Positions 1-8,880 of a stretch of DNA of 64,000 nt are shown one piece after another. The position numbers and the translations under genes were made by a program. The notes beneath the pieces are model-generated. The model had not been told where the DNA came from. It saw only the letters and a program-made list of their open reading frames with translations, and ran no database searches. The stretch is taken from the IMG/VR virus record IMGVR_UViG_3300006143_000002. One strand, 5' to 3'. This DNA comes from a virus. Taxonomy: Duplodnaviria; Heunggongvirae; Uroviricota; Caudoviricetes. The first letter of the stretch is position 1. The number at the start of each line of letters is the position of its first letter.

Positions 1-44
1 TAAAAAATTATAGATAGGCTTTATAACCTATCTATATCAACATT

Positions 45-617
45 CTAACTTTCAACATCTATATTATATTCTCCATAAAATTTATTTTTTATATCTTTTA
101 TAAATTTATTTTCTGCTGGTTTCTTTGTATATTTCATTTCAATTATTACTGTTTTAGATTCCAATTCAAAGATAGCACTACCTATATACTCTTTTAAAGT
201 TTCCTTATAGTCTAATTTGTAACTTCTTAAATAATCATCATCTACTTCATTTTGACTATATATCATTTTTAACTTTTCATATTCTACTATTGCTATATCT
301 AATGTACTTCCAATTTTATAACTAGGTGACCATATATTATTTCCTATATCATTATAATTTTTCCAAGCATCTTTTATACATATATTTATTCTATCTAATA
401 TAATACTACTATCAAATAAGGGTGTATCTAAATATAACTGATATACTTTCAATATATTATGTCTTATATCTCCTTCATCTCTATGGTCTTTTTTAAAAAA
501 ATGAATTGTATTATATGCCAACTCTGAATTTGGGTCTAAAGGTATTACAATACTATTTGTATTATCAGGAAAATCTTCTTTATTTATTCTATTGACTAAT
601 ACTTCATTAAATAACAT
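45..617 (-). CDS. hypothetical protein
   Basis: 190-aa minus-strand ORF, no recognisable motif. Confidence 0.4.
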   Translation of the reverse strand: MLFNEVLVNRINKEDFPDNTNSIVIPLDPNSELAYNTIHFFKKDHRDEGDIRHNILKVYQLYLDTPLFDSSIILDRINICIKDAWKNYNDIGNNIWSPSYKIGSTLDIAIVEYEKLKMIYSQNEVDDDYLRSYKLDYKETLKEYIGSAIFELESKTVIIEMKYTKKPAENKFIKDIKNKFYGEYNIDVES

Positions 618-844
618 TATACTTTCTTTCCCCTTTCTTTTATCCTTCTTTTCTTTCTCTCATGTTCTAATATTAGCTGACTATATTCTCTTATATTTTG
701 TGTATAGTGCATTACGTCTAATAATACATTCATTCTTTCTAATTTATGTTCTTCTGACATTGTTGTATCATATTTTATATTAGTGGCACTATCTTTTAAT
801 TTAGATAATATTTCATTAACAATTATCTGTGTATTATTTTCCAT
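617..844 (-). CDS. hypothetical small protein
   Basis: 75-aa ORF, start overlaps the stop of the downstream ORF. Confidence 0.3.
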   Translation of the reverse strand: MENNTQIIVNEILSKLKDSATNIKYDTTMSEEHKLERMNVLLDVMHYTQNIREYSQLILEHERKKRRIKERGKKV

Positions 845-918
845 TATAATCCTCCAAGATATAACTTTATATACTTTTACAATTAAATTCCCTAGAAATC
901 AATTCTGGTAATTCCTGA

Positions 919-1419
919 TTATCTTTCTTCCTCATCCTCTAATTCATTATAATACTCGTCTACTTTTCTTTTAAATTCTCTTTTAACTTTTGCCCTGTTA
1001 AATTTAGGTTTCTTTTGATTATCATATACAGGTATTATAATACAATCATCTAAATTAAATTCTAATGGTATATTTGCAATATCTATTTCTATTATACCAT
1101 CTTCTGATGTATTCAACATCTTTAATTTAAAATGTATTAATTCTTTATTTACAGCTTCTTTTTGTTCATCTGGTAATGAATGTAACCAATCATGATTATA
1201 TCTTTTTATCAATGCTCCATTCTCTATTGTTGCTTTTCCTCCTAAATGTTTTTCTTTTATATGGTGATATGTTATCTCATCCTGTTCTCTTCTATACCCT
1301 CTAATAGTTTTTCTTTTCTCTATTGGTATATATCTTATTCCTGCTTCTTCTATCATACATATCCTACCATAAATCTTTTCTAATCTTTTTCTAACAGATT
1401 TATTATCACTCATATACAT
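919..1419 (-). CDS. HNH endonuclease
   Basis: His-Me finger pattern YHHIKEKHLGG...N...NHDWLH (HH-x6-GG-x-N-x-NH-x3-H). Confidence 0.55.
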   Translation of the reverse strand: MYMSDNKSVRKRLEKIYGRICMIEEAGIRYIPIEKRKTIRGYRREQDEITYHHIKEKHLGGKATIENGALIKRYNHDWLHSLPDEQKEAVNKELIHFKLKMLNTSEDGIIEIDIANIPLEFNLDDCIIIPVYDNQKKPKFNRAKVKREFKRKVDEYYNELEDEEER

Positions 1420-1513
1420 TACCTCTATACTAAAAGTAGTGGTAATCCAAGTATTTATATCAGGGGGTGATTACTTGGAAACAGTCAACTGCTGTCCCAC
1501 TACTTATTATCTA

Positions 1514-1756
1514 TTATTTATTATCTACTATCTTGTTATTTATTATTTCGGTATAAAAATAGTCTAATAATTTTGATTGCACACCAACTCTGTACTCAAG
1601 ATTTTTAATATATTTTTGTCTTTCCATATCTTTTAAGTCAGATGATTTAGCTAATACAATACAAAATCCTAATACAATTATATTTATACATATTATTAGT
1701 TTAATTAGTATTCCCCAAGTAACTTCTCTATTTAACCATTTCTTTATACTATTCAT
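1514..1756 (-). CDS. small membrane protein
   Basis: 80 aa with one strong hydrophobic helix (WGILIKLIICINIIVLGFCIVLA). Confidence 0.35.
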   Translation of the reverse strand: MNSIKKWLNREVTWGILIKLIICINIIVLGFCIVLAKSSDLKDMERQKYIKNLEYRVGVQSKLLDYFYTEIINNKIVDNK

Positions 1757-1767
1757 AATATTACCTC

Positions 1768-4323
1768 TTATTTAACAAATATTAAAACTTTTCCATTTTC
1801 ATATTTTTGCATTACTATACCAAACTTTTCAAATGCCTTTTCTTTATTCTTTACTACTGTTCCATTACTTGTAGCTCTTACATGGTCTCCTGGCTTTAAA
1901 TCCATATCATCTGTTTTAACCCATATCTTACCTACTATACCAACTGGGCATTTTTCATCTTCTTCTAATTCTGCACCACCTAAACACATACCTATTGTAT
2001 TTGAACATATTCCAATTAGATTAAATAAATCTTCTTGTGTTTCTACTTTGTGTACTAATCCATCTTCTCTTAAACAAACTATATCCCCATATTCAATAAT
2101 TTCATCCTTATCTTTTCTAAATATTTCACCATAGTCATTATAAACAGCACCAAAAACTCTCTTTCCTGTTATATCTCCTTTTGCATCTATATTACCATTT
2201 TTATCTAGTGTTATTGGATACTTGTTGTCAGAGCCTTTTGGTCCTACATTTATACTTGTATTAGCATAGATATTGTTTACATTTTCTATATTATTGTTAT
2301 CCATATTTAAGTTTGTATTTATGTGTAATTTATCTTCATTATTCAAATGATAGATTTTATATGTTTTAGTACCATCTGTGAAATATAGGTTTGATGTTCC
2401 ACCCTGATTTTTGATATAAACATCTCCACCATTAAAATATCCATCTCCATCTGCTGTTATATTATTTTTTATATGAAGGTTTGTATCAATGTGTAATATG
2501 TTATTATTATGTTCATGCCATATTCTTGCTGTATTTGCTGCACTATTTCCTGTAAACTTAATTTCAGATATTCCTGTTGTATTCTTCAATTCCATATTTC
2601 CATTAGAATAAGCTGTTACACCATTATTACCATTAGTTCCACCAACTTTAATATAACTATTTGTACTACCACCATTCTCATCTCTTAGGAAAATTGTCCT
2701 ATCTGTTAGTTTTAAATCTACATTATCATCTTGATTACTGTCTAATTGTATTTCATTTCTTTTAAAATAATTATCATCATTTCCATCATCAGGTCCAAAA
2801 TACAATGTACCTATACATCTATTCCTTGCATTTTGCATATAGAATTGAGGATATACATTCATCCTAATTGTATCATTTGCAAGTATATTATAGAATTTAT
2901 TATTTAGGTCATATTCTTGTATTGTTTTTCCTGTTGTTGTATGTGCCTTTTGATTTGTACCATCTTTTATCAATTCCCACTCATGTTTTAAGTCTGGTGT
3001 ATTAGGGTCTGTCATTCTTAAAACATTACCTGTTAATCTTAATGTTGGAGCATTACTATCAAATCTTTTCATATAAACATCATTATATGCTTCTAACTTA
3101 ATATCCCCACTACCTGATTCAATACATATACCTTCTGGGTTATGAATATGGAATATATCATCTTGAAAATTAGAATATATTTGAGCATGGTTCATATCAA
3201 TTTCTACTTTAGAATTTGATGCATATATTTCGATTGCTTCTGTTACATCACCTATACCATATATAACTCCAGTTTTTCCTACTAATTTCTTCTCGCCTTT
3301 TACTAAATCTGGTCTAGAACCTTGTACATAATTTCTTAATAATTCTATATCTTTTTCTGTTAAATCACCTTGTCTATTTCCACTAACACAGGCTAGTTCT
3401 TTTTCTAATGGTGTTGGTGTTTTTACACCATTTACAAAATCAGTCAATAATGCTAAGTCAGCGTCATTTATCTCACCATCATTATTTATATCACCATATC
3501 TCATTAATGTAGCATTTTCTAATGATGATGCTTTTAACACCATTTTAGTAGTATTCTTATCATAAGCTCTTAATATAAATCCAGGCATTGGGTCTTGATA
3601 TGGAGATGGATGTGCTCCTCTTCCTGGAACTACATTGATTTCACCATAACAAACATCCCCTTCTTTAGAGAAATACCAGTCTGGAACTTTATATAACCAA
3701 CTTTGTAAATCCATATAATAAACATCAGCATGTTTTGGGTCTTTTATATAACATCCAACATCTTCTGCTTCTATTCTGGAATACTTTTGAGGGTCTTCCT
3801 CTATATTTGTAAAATCATTACCATCCCATTCTATACTACCTAAATAAAGCATATCTGGGTCTTCATTTCCCTCATCTAATCTTTCATTATAATAAGTTAA
3901 ATACATTCCTTCAAATGTTTTTTGTACACCTACTGTTAAATCTCCTAGTACATTTCCTTTTAATTTATATTTTCCAACTGTAAAATCTCTTCCTAGATTA
4001 TCTCTTCCTAATTTAAAAGCAACATACCATTTACCTGCCTCTGCTGGAGGGTCTATTTGAATTGGTACTGATGCTATAATATCCATACCATTAATAGATG
4101 CCTCGCCTTCTGATATTTGTAATACAGTTTTATTTGTTTTTATATCATTTTCAGCACTCAATACAAAACTTGGATTTTTAATACAGAAATTCTTTTTTGC
4201 AACTCTGGTTACAAATCTTGCTTCATTAAATTCTGTATGTAATTTACCAAAATCTTTAGCATTTGATGATGGAAAACAAGTTATATTTTCTCCATCATAA
4301 TATGATACTGGGTTCTTTGCCAT
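1768..4323 (-). CDS. tail fibre / tail spike protein with an internal dockerin type-I module
   Basis: 851 aa with G/N/T-rich beta-repeat composition. Residues ~277-335 read GDINNDGEINDADLALLTDFV...SGNRQGDLTEKDIELLRNYV, a duplicated Ca-binding loop plus helix. A conserved late motif lies upstream at 4368..4389. Confidence 0.6.
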   Translation of the reverse strand: MAKNPVSYYDGENITCFPSSNAKDFGKLHTEFNEARFVTRVAKKNFCIKNPSFVLSAENDIKTNKTVLQISEGEASINGMDIIASVPIQIDPPAEAGKWYVAFKLGRDNLGRDFTVGKYKLKGNVLGDLTVGVQKTFEGMYLTYYNERLDEGNEDPDMLYLGSIEWDGNDFTNIEEDPQKYSRIEAEDVGCYIKDPKHADVYYMDLQSWLYKVPDWYFSKEGDVCYGEINVVPGRGAHPSPYQDPMPGFILRAYDKNTTKMVLKASSLENATLMRYGDINNDGEINDADLALLTDFVNGVKTPTPLEKELACVSGNRQGDLTEKDIELLRNYVQGSRPDLVKGEKKLVGKTGVIYGIGDVTEAIEIYASNSKVEIDMNHAQIYSNFQDDIFHIHNPEGICIESGSGDIKLEAYNDVYMKRFDSNAPTLRLTGNVLRMTDPNTPDLKHEWELIKDGTNQKAHTTTGKTIQEYDLNNKFYNILANDTIRMNVYPQFYMQNARNRCIGTLYFGPDDGNDDNYFKRNEIQLDSNQDDNVDLKLTDRTIFLRDENGGSTNSYIKVGGTNGNNGVTAYSNGNMELKNTTGISEIKFTGNSAANTARIWHEHNNNILHIDTNLHIKNNITADGDGYFNGGDVYIKNQGGTSNLYFTDGTKTYKIYHLNNEDKLHINTNLNMDNNNIENVNNIYANTSINVGPKGSDNKYPITLDKNGNIDAKGDITGKRVFGAVYNDYGEIFRKDKDEIIEYGDIVCLREDGLVHKVETQEDLFNLIGICSNTIGMCLGGAELEEDEKCPVGIVGKIWVKTDDMDLKPGDHVRATSNGTVVKNKEKAFEKFGIVMQKYENGKVLIFVK

Positions 4324-4367
4324 TTGATTACCTCCTTTAATTTATATACAATCTATGTATTTTATTA

Positions 4368-4389
4368 CCTCATTAATATTTTACCAAAA
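4368..4389 (-). promoter_or_regulatory. conserved late-gene motif TTTTGGTAAAATATTAATGAGG
   Basis: Follows a terminator hairpin, ~40 nt upstream of the AGGAGG-ATG of the 851-aa tail-fibre gene. Confidence 0.45.
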
Positions 4390-4420
4390 TAAATAAGGGC
4401 TTATTTGCCCTTATTCAAAT
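4388..4420 (-). terminator. rho-independent terminator
   Basis: AAGGGCAAATAAGCCCTT hairpin plus a T-tract, after the stop of the 4411..4875 gene. Confidence 0.5.
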
Positions 4421-4875
4421 CTTATTTTTAAATCTTCTATTACTGTTCCTATTAAATAATTATTTGTTATTGCAGAATTAGTTACTTGAGAACCATTTGC
4501 ATAGTACACTGGTATTTCAGAAATGAAATTAAACTTTGCAAGTATTGTATGATTATTCATTTTATGTGCAGTATAATCTGAAAATGTAGATTCTTTTAGA
4601 ATAGAATGATTAGCACCTCCGTATGCAGTTTCAAATATATAACCACCTAAAGAATGTCTAATACTTCCACCAAATTTTTCTATAATTATATTATTTATAT
4701 TATACATACTTTTATCTACAACAATAAATATATGTATTGACTTTCTCAAAGATGTAACATATCCTGAAACAAAATAACTATCTGAAATCAAATAGTCATT
4801 TGGTTTATAATATAAATCGTCAATTAACTTATTATATTTTTCTTCTAAATTATTGTTTTTACAATTTGGTATCAT
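4411..4875 (-). CDS. small tail-associated protein, MIPxCK paralogue 1
   Basis: 154 aa, N-terminus MIPNCK shared with the two downstream ORFs, otherwise divergent. Confidence 0.45.
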   Translation of the reverse strand: MIPNCKNNNLEEKYNKLIDDLYYKPNDYLISDSYFVSGYVTSLRKSIHIFIVVDKSMYNINNIIIEKFGGSIRHSLGGYIFETAYGGANHSILKESTFSDYTAHKMNNHTILAKFNFISEIPVYYANGSQVTNSAITNNYLIGTVIEDLKIRFE

Positions 4876-4891
4876 AATTATATATTCCTCC

Positions 4892-5344
4892 TTATTTCCA
4901 TTTTCCTATTGCCATATATCCGATGGCACAACTTACATATTCGCTTAAAGGACCATTTCTTTGTACTACAACTCTTCCTGGATTTTCTGGTGTACTTCTA
5001 AATTGTGGTAAGTATTGTGTTATATATGTTAAATCAGATGATGGATTATAATCAAAATTATATATATTCCAAAATATTTGTGGTCTATCAAATACATCTA
5101 TATCACTTTTAAAGGGTACTATAAAATTCTTGAATCCTATTGACATACTTCTATACCCCACATTAGTTACCATATCTGTTGTAATCCACCCATTCCATTT
5201 ACAATTTATAATTAAATCTCCATTATCATATTTTCTAGCTCTTTGTTTTTCAATTAAATCTTTACCATTAGAATCAACTTCTGTCCACTCTTTTACTATT
5301 TCTTCATAAGAATTGCTATCACCTATCTTACAAAATGGTATCAT
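4892..5344 (-). CDS. small tail-associated protein, MIPxCK paralogue 2
   Basis: 150 aa, N-terminus MIPFCK, RBS GGAGG upstream. Confidence 0.45.
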   Translation of the reverse strand: MIPFCKIGDSNSYEEIVKEWTEVDSNGKDLIEKQRARKYDNGDLIINCKWNGWITTDMVTNVGYRSMSIGFKNFIVPFKSDIDVFDRPQIFWNIYNFDYNPSSDLTYITQYLPQFRSTPENPGRVVVQRNGPLSEYVSCAIGYMAIGKWK

Positions 5345-5376
5345 AGTTATTATAATCCTCCTCTGACTTGCTGTAT

Positions 5377-5817
5377 CTATAAAACTTTATATCCATAAAC
5401 AGCATGTATTTTATTTAGATTTAAGTCCTCATCTGTTATTTCTTGTCCTTCTCTTTTTCTTCTATTAAATAATATAGTTATTGTTTTTCCTTTTTCATCA
5501 TTCCATTTTCCTTGAATACAAGCAAAATATACATAATTACTTCTTAACTGTGTTACATTTAATACTACCTCATTATCTTGCCATAAAGAATTACTATGCC
5601 AACTAGGGTTATACCAAGTTGATACATTTATTGATTTTGATATATCCCCTACTACTGCTGCTAACCAATCAAATCTTATAAAATCATAATCAATCATAGG
5701 TTTATCTAATACAAATATACTTCCCTCTTGTGCAGGTGCAGCACCAGTAGAATATAATATTTCTTGAGTTATATTTCCCTTTGATAGATTTATATTCCTT
5801 TTACAAAATGGCATCAT
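5377..5817 (-). CDS. small tail-associated protein, MIPxCK paralogue 3
   Basis: 146 aa, N-terminus MMPFCK. Confidence 0.45.
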   Translation of the reverse strand: MMPFCKRNINLSKGNITQEILYSTGAAPAQEGSIFVLDKPMIDYDFIRFDWLAAVVGDISKSINVSTWYNPSWHSNSLWQDNEVVLNVTQLRSNYVYFACIQGKWNDEKGKTITILFNRRKREGQEITDEDLNLNKIHAVYGYKVL

Positions 5818-5829
5818 CTCAATAACCTC

Positions 5830-8028
5830 CTAAATTAATCTATTACATCTATCATAAACTATCCTCATATAATTTCTACCACTTCCATCACTTTTAGCTT
5901 CATTGCTGTCTGCTGTTACATATTCTATATATTGAGAAAAGTTCTCTACTATATTGTTTGTATGGTCAAACTTAACATCATTATTATCAAATGAACCATA
6001 ATCATTTACCTGTTTCTTTGTTGCTACTATTCTATCATACCAATTAGCATAAGGGTATTGTGTTCTTAATATAGTTGTTCCTCTTACTACATTATTTGGT
6101 TGATTATTCCATACTACACCATAAGTATTCCTTACTCTATTTATTAATGCTTTAGAATTATTATAATGTGTTGCATATATTATATCTCCTCTAACTGGTG
6201 TAAATGATGCTGGTGTTATTGTAAATGTTCTAACATTACTCCATTCACTCCAATTATTTTTATCACCTGTATATTTCTTTTTAACTCTTACTCTCAATCT
6301 ATATGTTGTTGCAATAGGAAACCCTGATGCTTTAAATGGTGCAAATATCATTTTCCTTTGATATGTTAAATTACTTGCTAATGCACTTGATATAGATGCT
6401 GCTTGTGTACCTGTTGCTGTCTTACCTGCTGGGTCAGATGTTAATCTGAATACTTTATTATTTACTTCTATTTCTATATCATCATAATGATATGTTTCTA
6501 ATTCAGAACCTTTATCTGGGTCTGCTGGTAATTGAAAACATACTCTAAATTTTGTATTTATCCAATCAGAACCTTCTATTGGATATGTTATTGATGGTTT
6601 TGCTAATCTAGCAGCCATTACAACAAAATCACATTGAGTAGGAGATGTGAAATACCAATAATTACTTGCATAAGCTGGATTTGCTAATTGAGCTTGGTCA
6701 TTTCCAAAATAAGGTGTTATATCTACTTTAGTATGTTGCATTTTTGGTATATCTGCTTTTGGTATTACAAAACTCTTACTTGTTGTATAATATGTTTTTA
6801 CTACTGTTCCTGCTTGATTATATAATCTTATTCTATATCCTTGTGTATAACCAGCATCTGCTGTTGTTGTATCATATACCCAACTTAAATATATTCCTGT
6901 CAAACTGGTATCATTTATTACTAAATCGTCTTTACCTATTCCACTTCCACTTGAGTTATTTTTTCTATATGAAAGATTACCACAAGTTACACCTTTTAAT
7001 GGTTTATATATTACTTTAAAGGTGCAAGTCTTTTCTGCACTTTCCCAATTTGCTGAGTTATTTCTTCTTTTAACATGCATTGTTATTATTTGATTATCAT
7101 AAGCTTTTGGTACAAATCCTCTTAAATTTGCTCCACTTAAAGTAAATGTAGAATTATTACCTGCTGTTCCTACTTGTGTCCAAGCATTTCCTATATTTAC
7201 ACCACTATATGAACAATGTGCTAATGTGTAGAATTGTTGTTCTAGTGCTGCCCAAGCTCTATCATTAATTCCTGATTGTGTAAATGTTATTGTTTGATTT
7301 TGTGCATTTACAGCAGTAGGATTTGCAGATACACCTGTTATAGTAGGTTCTTGATATGTATAAAATGTTTTATGTCCTGTTTGATATTCTGCATGACCAT
7401 CACTAAACCTTATCCTAACATTATAAGAACTTCCATGTCTAAACCCATCACCCCAAGTTGGATAGAAACTACCCCATAAAGAATCTCCCTTACCATTTCC
7501 AAAACCAAAATCTCTTACACCATCTACTCTTGCTATTACCCAACCAAGTCCATTAGTACCACCATTTATCTTATAGTTTACATCTACTTTATCTCTATCT
7601 ACTTTTACTATTTGAGTAGCACTCCATATATCATAGGCAGGAGGAGAATATGGGTCTGGTACATATAATGTTAAAGAGCCAATAGTTACAGGTCCTCTTA
7701 GATTGGCAGAACAATGTCTTCCATTTGTAATATCAGGACATTCCATAGTTACTGAAATTGTATGATTTCCAGCACCTACATTTAAAGAACCTGACATAGA
7801 TATTCCACCACCAACCATTGCAACTGTTGTACTGCCAACCTGGTTACCATCTATGTAAAGTCTTACTGTATCTGACATTGAAGAGTGACCTGATGCAGTT
7901 AATACTTGATTTCCACTGAAAGAAGCACTTATGGTTAAACCTGAATAATTAGCACTTAAAGTTCCAGATACTTTTCTTCTAGGTGCTCCACCAGTATGCC
8001 AACCATTATCACACCAAACATCTGCCAT
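5830..8028 (-). CDS. tail fibre / structural protein (Ig/FN3-like, S/T/G-rich)
   Basis: Start moved to the internal Met (MADVWCDNG). The ORF-track N-terminus overlaps a terminator and the late motif. RBS AAGGAG precedes the ATG. Confidence 0.5.
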   Translation of the reverse strand: MADVWCDNGWHTGGAPRRKVSGTLSANYSGLTISASFSGNQVLTASGHSSMSDTVRLYIDGNQVGSTTVAMVGGGISMSGSLNVGAGNHTISVTMECPDITNGRHCSANLRGPVTIGSLTLYVPDPYSPPAYDIWSATQIVKVDRDKVDVNYKINGGTNGLGWVIARVDGVRDFGFGNGKGDSLWGSFYPTWGDGFRHGSSYNVRIRFSDGHAEYQTGHKTFYTYQEPTITGVSANPTAVNAQNQTITFTQSGINDRAWAALEQQFYTLAHCSYSGVNIGNAWTQVGTAGNNSTFTLSGANLRGFVPKAYDNQIITMHVKRRNNSANWESAEKTCTFKVIYKPLKGVTCGNLSYRKNNSSGSGIGKDDLVINDTSLTGIYLSWVYDTTTADAGYTQGYRIRLYNQAGTVVKTYYTTSKSFVIPKADIPKMQHTKVDITPYFGNDQAQLANPAYASNYWYFTSPTQCDFVVMAARLAKPSITYPIEGSDWINTKFRVCFQLPADPDKGSELETYHYDDIEIEVNNKVFRLTSDPAGKTATGTQAASISSALASNLTYQRKMIFAPFKASGFPIATTYRLRVRVKKKYTGDKNNWSEWSNVRTFTITPASFTPVRGDIIYATHYNNSKALINRVRNTYGVVWNNQPNNVVRGTTILRTQYPYANWYDRIVATKKQVNDYGSFDNNDVKFDHTNNIVENFSQYIEYVTADSNEAKSDGSGRNYMRIVYDRCNRLI

Positions 8029-8058
8029 ATATATAATCTCCTTTCTATAATACTTATT

Positions 8059-8080
8059 ACTCATTAATATTTTACCAAAA
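8059..8080 (-). promoter_or_regulatory. conserved late-gene motif
   Basis: TTTTTGGTAAAATATTAATGAG directly after the terminator of the upstream gene, 25 nt before the AAGGAG RBS. Confidence 0.45.
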
Positions 8081-8112
8081 ATAAAGACTACATTATTTGT
8101 AGTCTTTTTCAT
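8080..8112 (-). terminator. rho-independent terminator
   Basis: AAAGACTACAAATAATGTAGTCTTT plus ATTTTTGG, after the stop of the 8116..8868 gene. Confidence 0.5.
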
Positions 8113-8115
8113 ATT

Positions 8116-8868
8116 CTATAAATCTATCCAACTTGAGCCATTGTATTGTTTTACTGTTATATCTTGTCCATTTCCACTTTTTAATCCTATGGTTTCCCAA
8201 GTACCATTTACTAATTGTTTTACTGGGCTTGGTTGATATTTTGGTATATTAAATGTAAATCCATTTCCTACACCACCTCCAGGATTCCAATAACCACCCC
8301 AGCTAGTGTACCATACACCATAGTTACCAAAATGTAATGTAGTATTTCCTGATGTTTCCTGCATAGTCCATGTTTCTGTAAAATATCCACTTCCATCTCT
8401 GCCTATATTTTGAGCATCTCCGTGAATATTATATTGTGCTTCCCCACCATTTTTAGCTGCATAACAATATACTCTCCAATGATAATAAGTTTCTGTTGTA
8501 CCACCTACATTGTTCCACCACCACTCATACTTTACAGATAAAGTTTTATCATTTGCAGCACTTCTAGTTGCTGTTACTTTAAATGAATTTACTCTAAATT
8601 CTCCTGGAGATGGTTGTGCTGGATTAGGATTAGACATAAAAGCATTTGATGTCCACCTATTTGCACTAGGCTCTCTACACCATCCACCATAGTTTTCAGC
8701 AACCCACCACCAATCAGATGGTTGGTGTCGTCCTACTTTAGCATACCCAGTTCCTGGTCCGTTTCTAATTCTTAATATACTTGATACATCATAAGTAGTT
8801 GTAGACGCATGATTATGATAATGTGTATAACCTGTTGCTCCAAAACTTGTTACCTCTTCTAAAGCCAT
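8116..8868 (-). CDS. Gly/Trp/Tyr-rich tail-tip (putative receptor-binding) protein
   Basis: 250 aa, W/G/Y-rich, lies 3 nt upstream of the 733-aa tail gene in the same operon. Confidence 0.4.
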   Translation of the reverse strand: MALEEVTSFGATGYTHYHNHASTTTYDVSSILRIRNGPGTGYAKVGRHQPSDWWWVAENYGGWCREPSANRWTSNAFMSNPNPAQPSPGEFRVNSFKVTATRSAANDKTLSVKYEWWWNNVGGTTETYYHWRVYCYAAKNGGEAQYNIHGDAQNIGRDGSGYFTETWTMQETSGNTTLHFGNYGVWYTSWGGYWNPGGGVGNGFTFNIPKYQPSPVKQLVNGTWETIGLKSGNGQDITVKQYNGSSWIDL

Positions 8869-8880
8869 ATTATCTACCTC

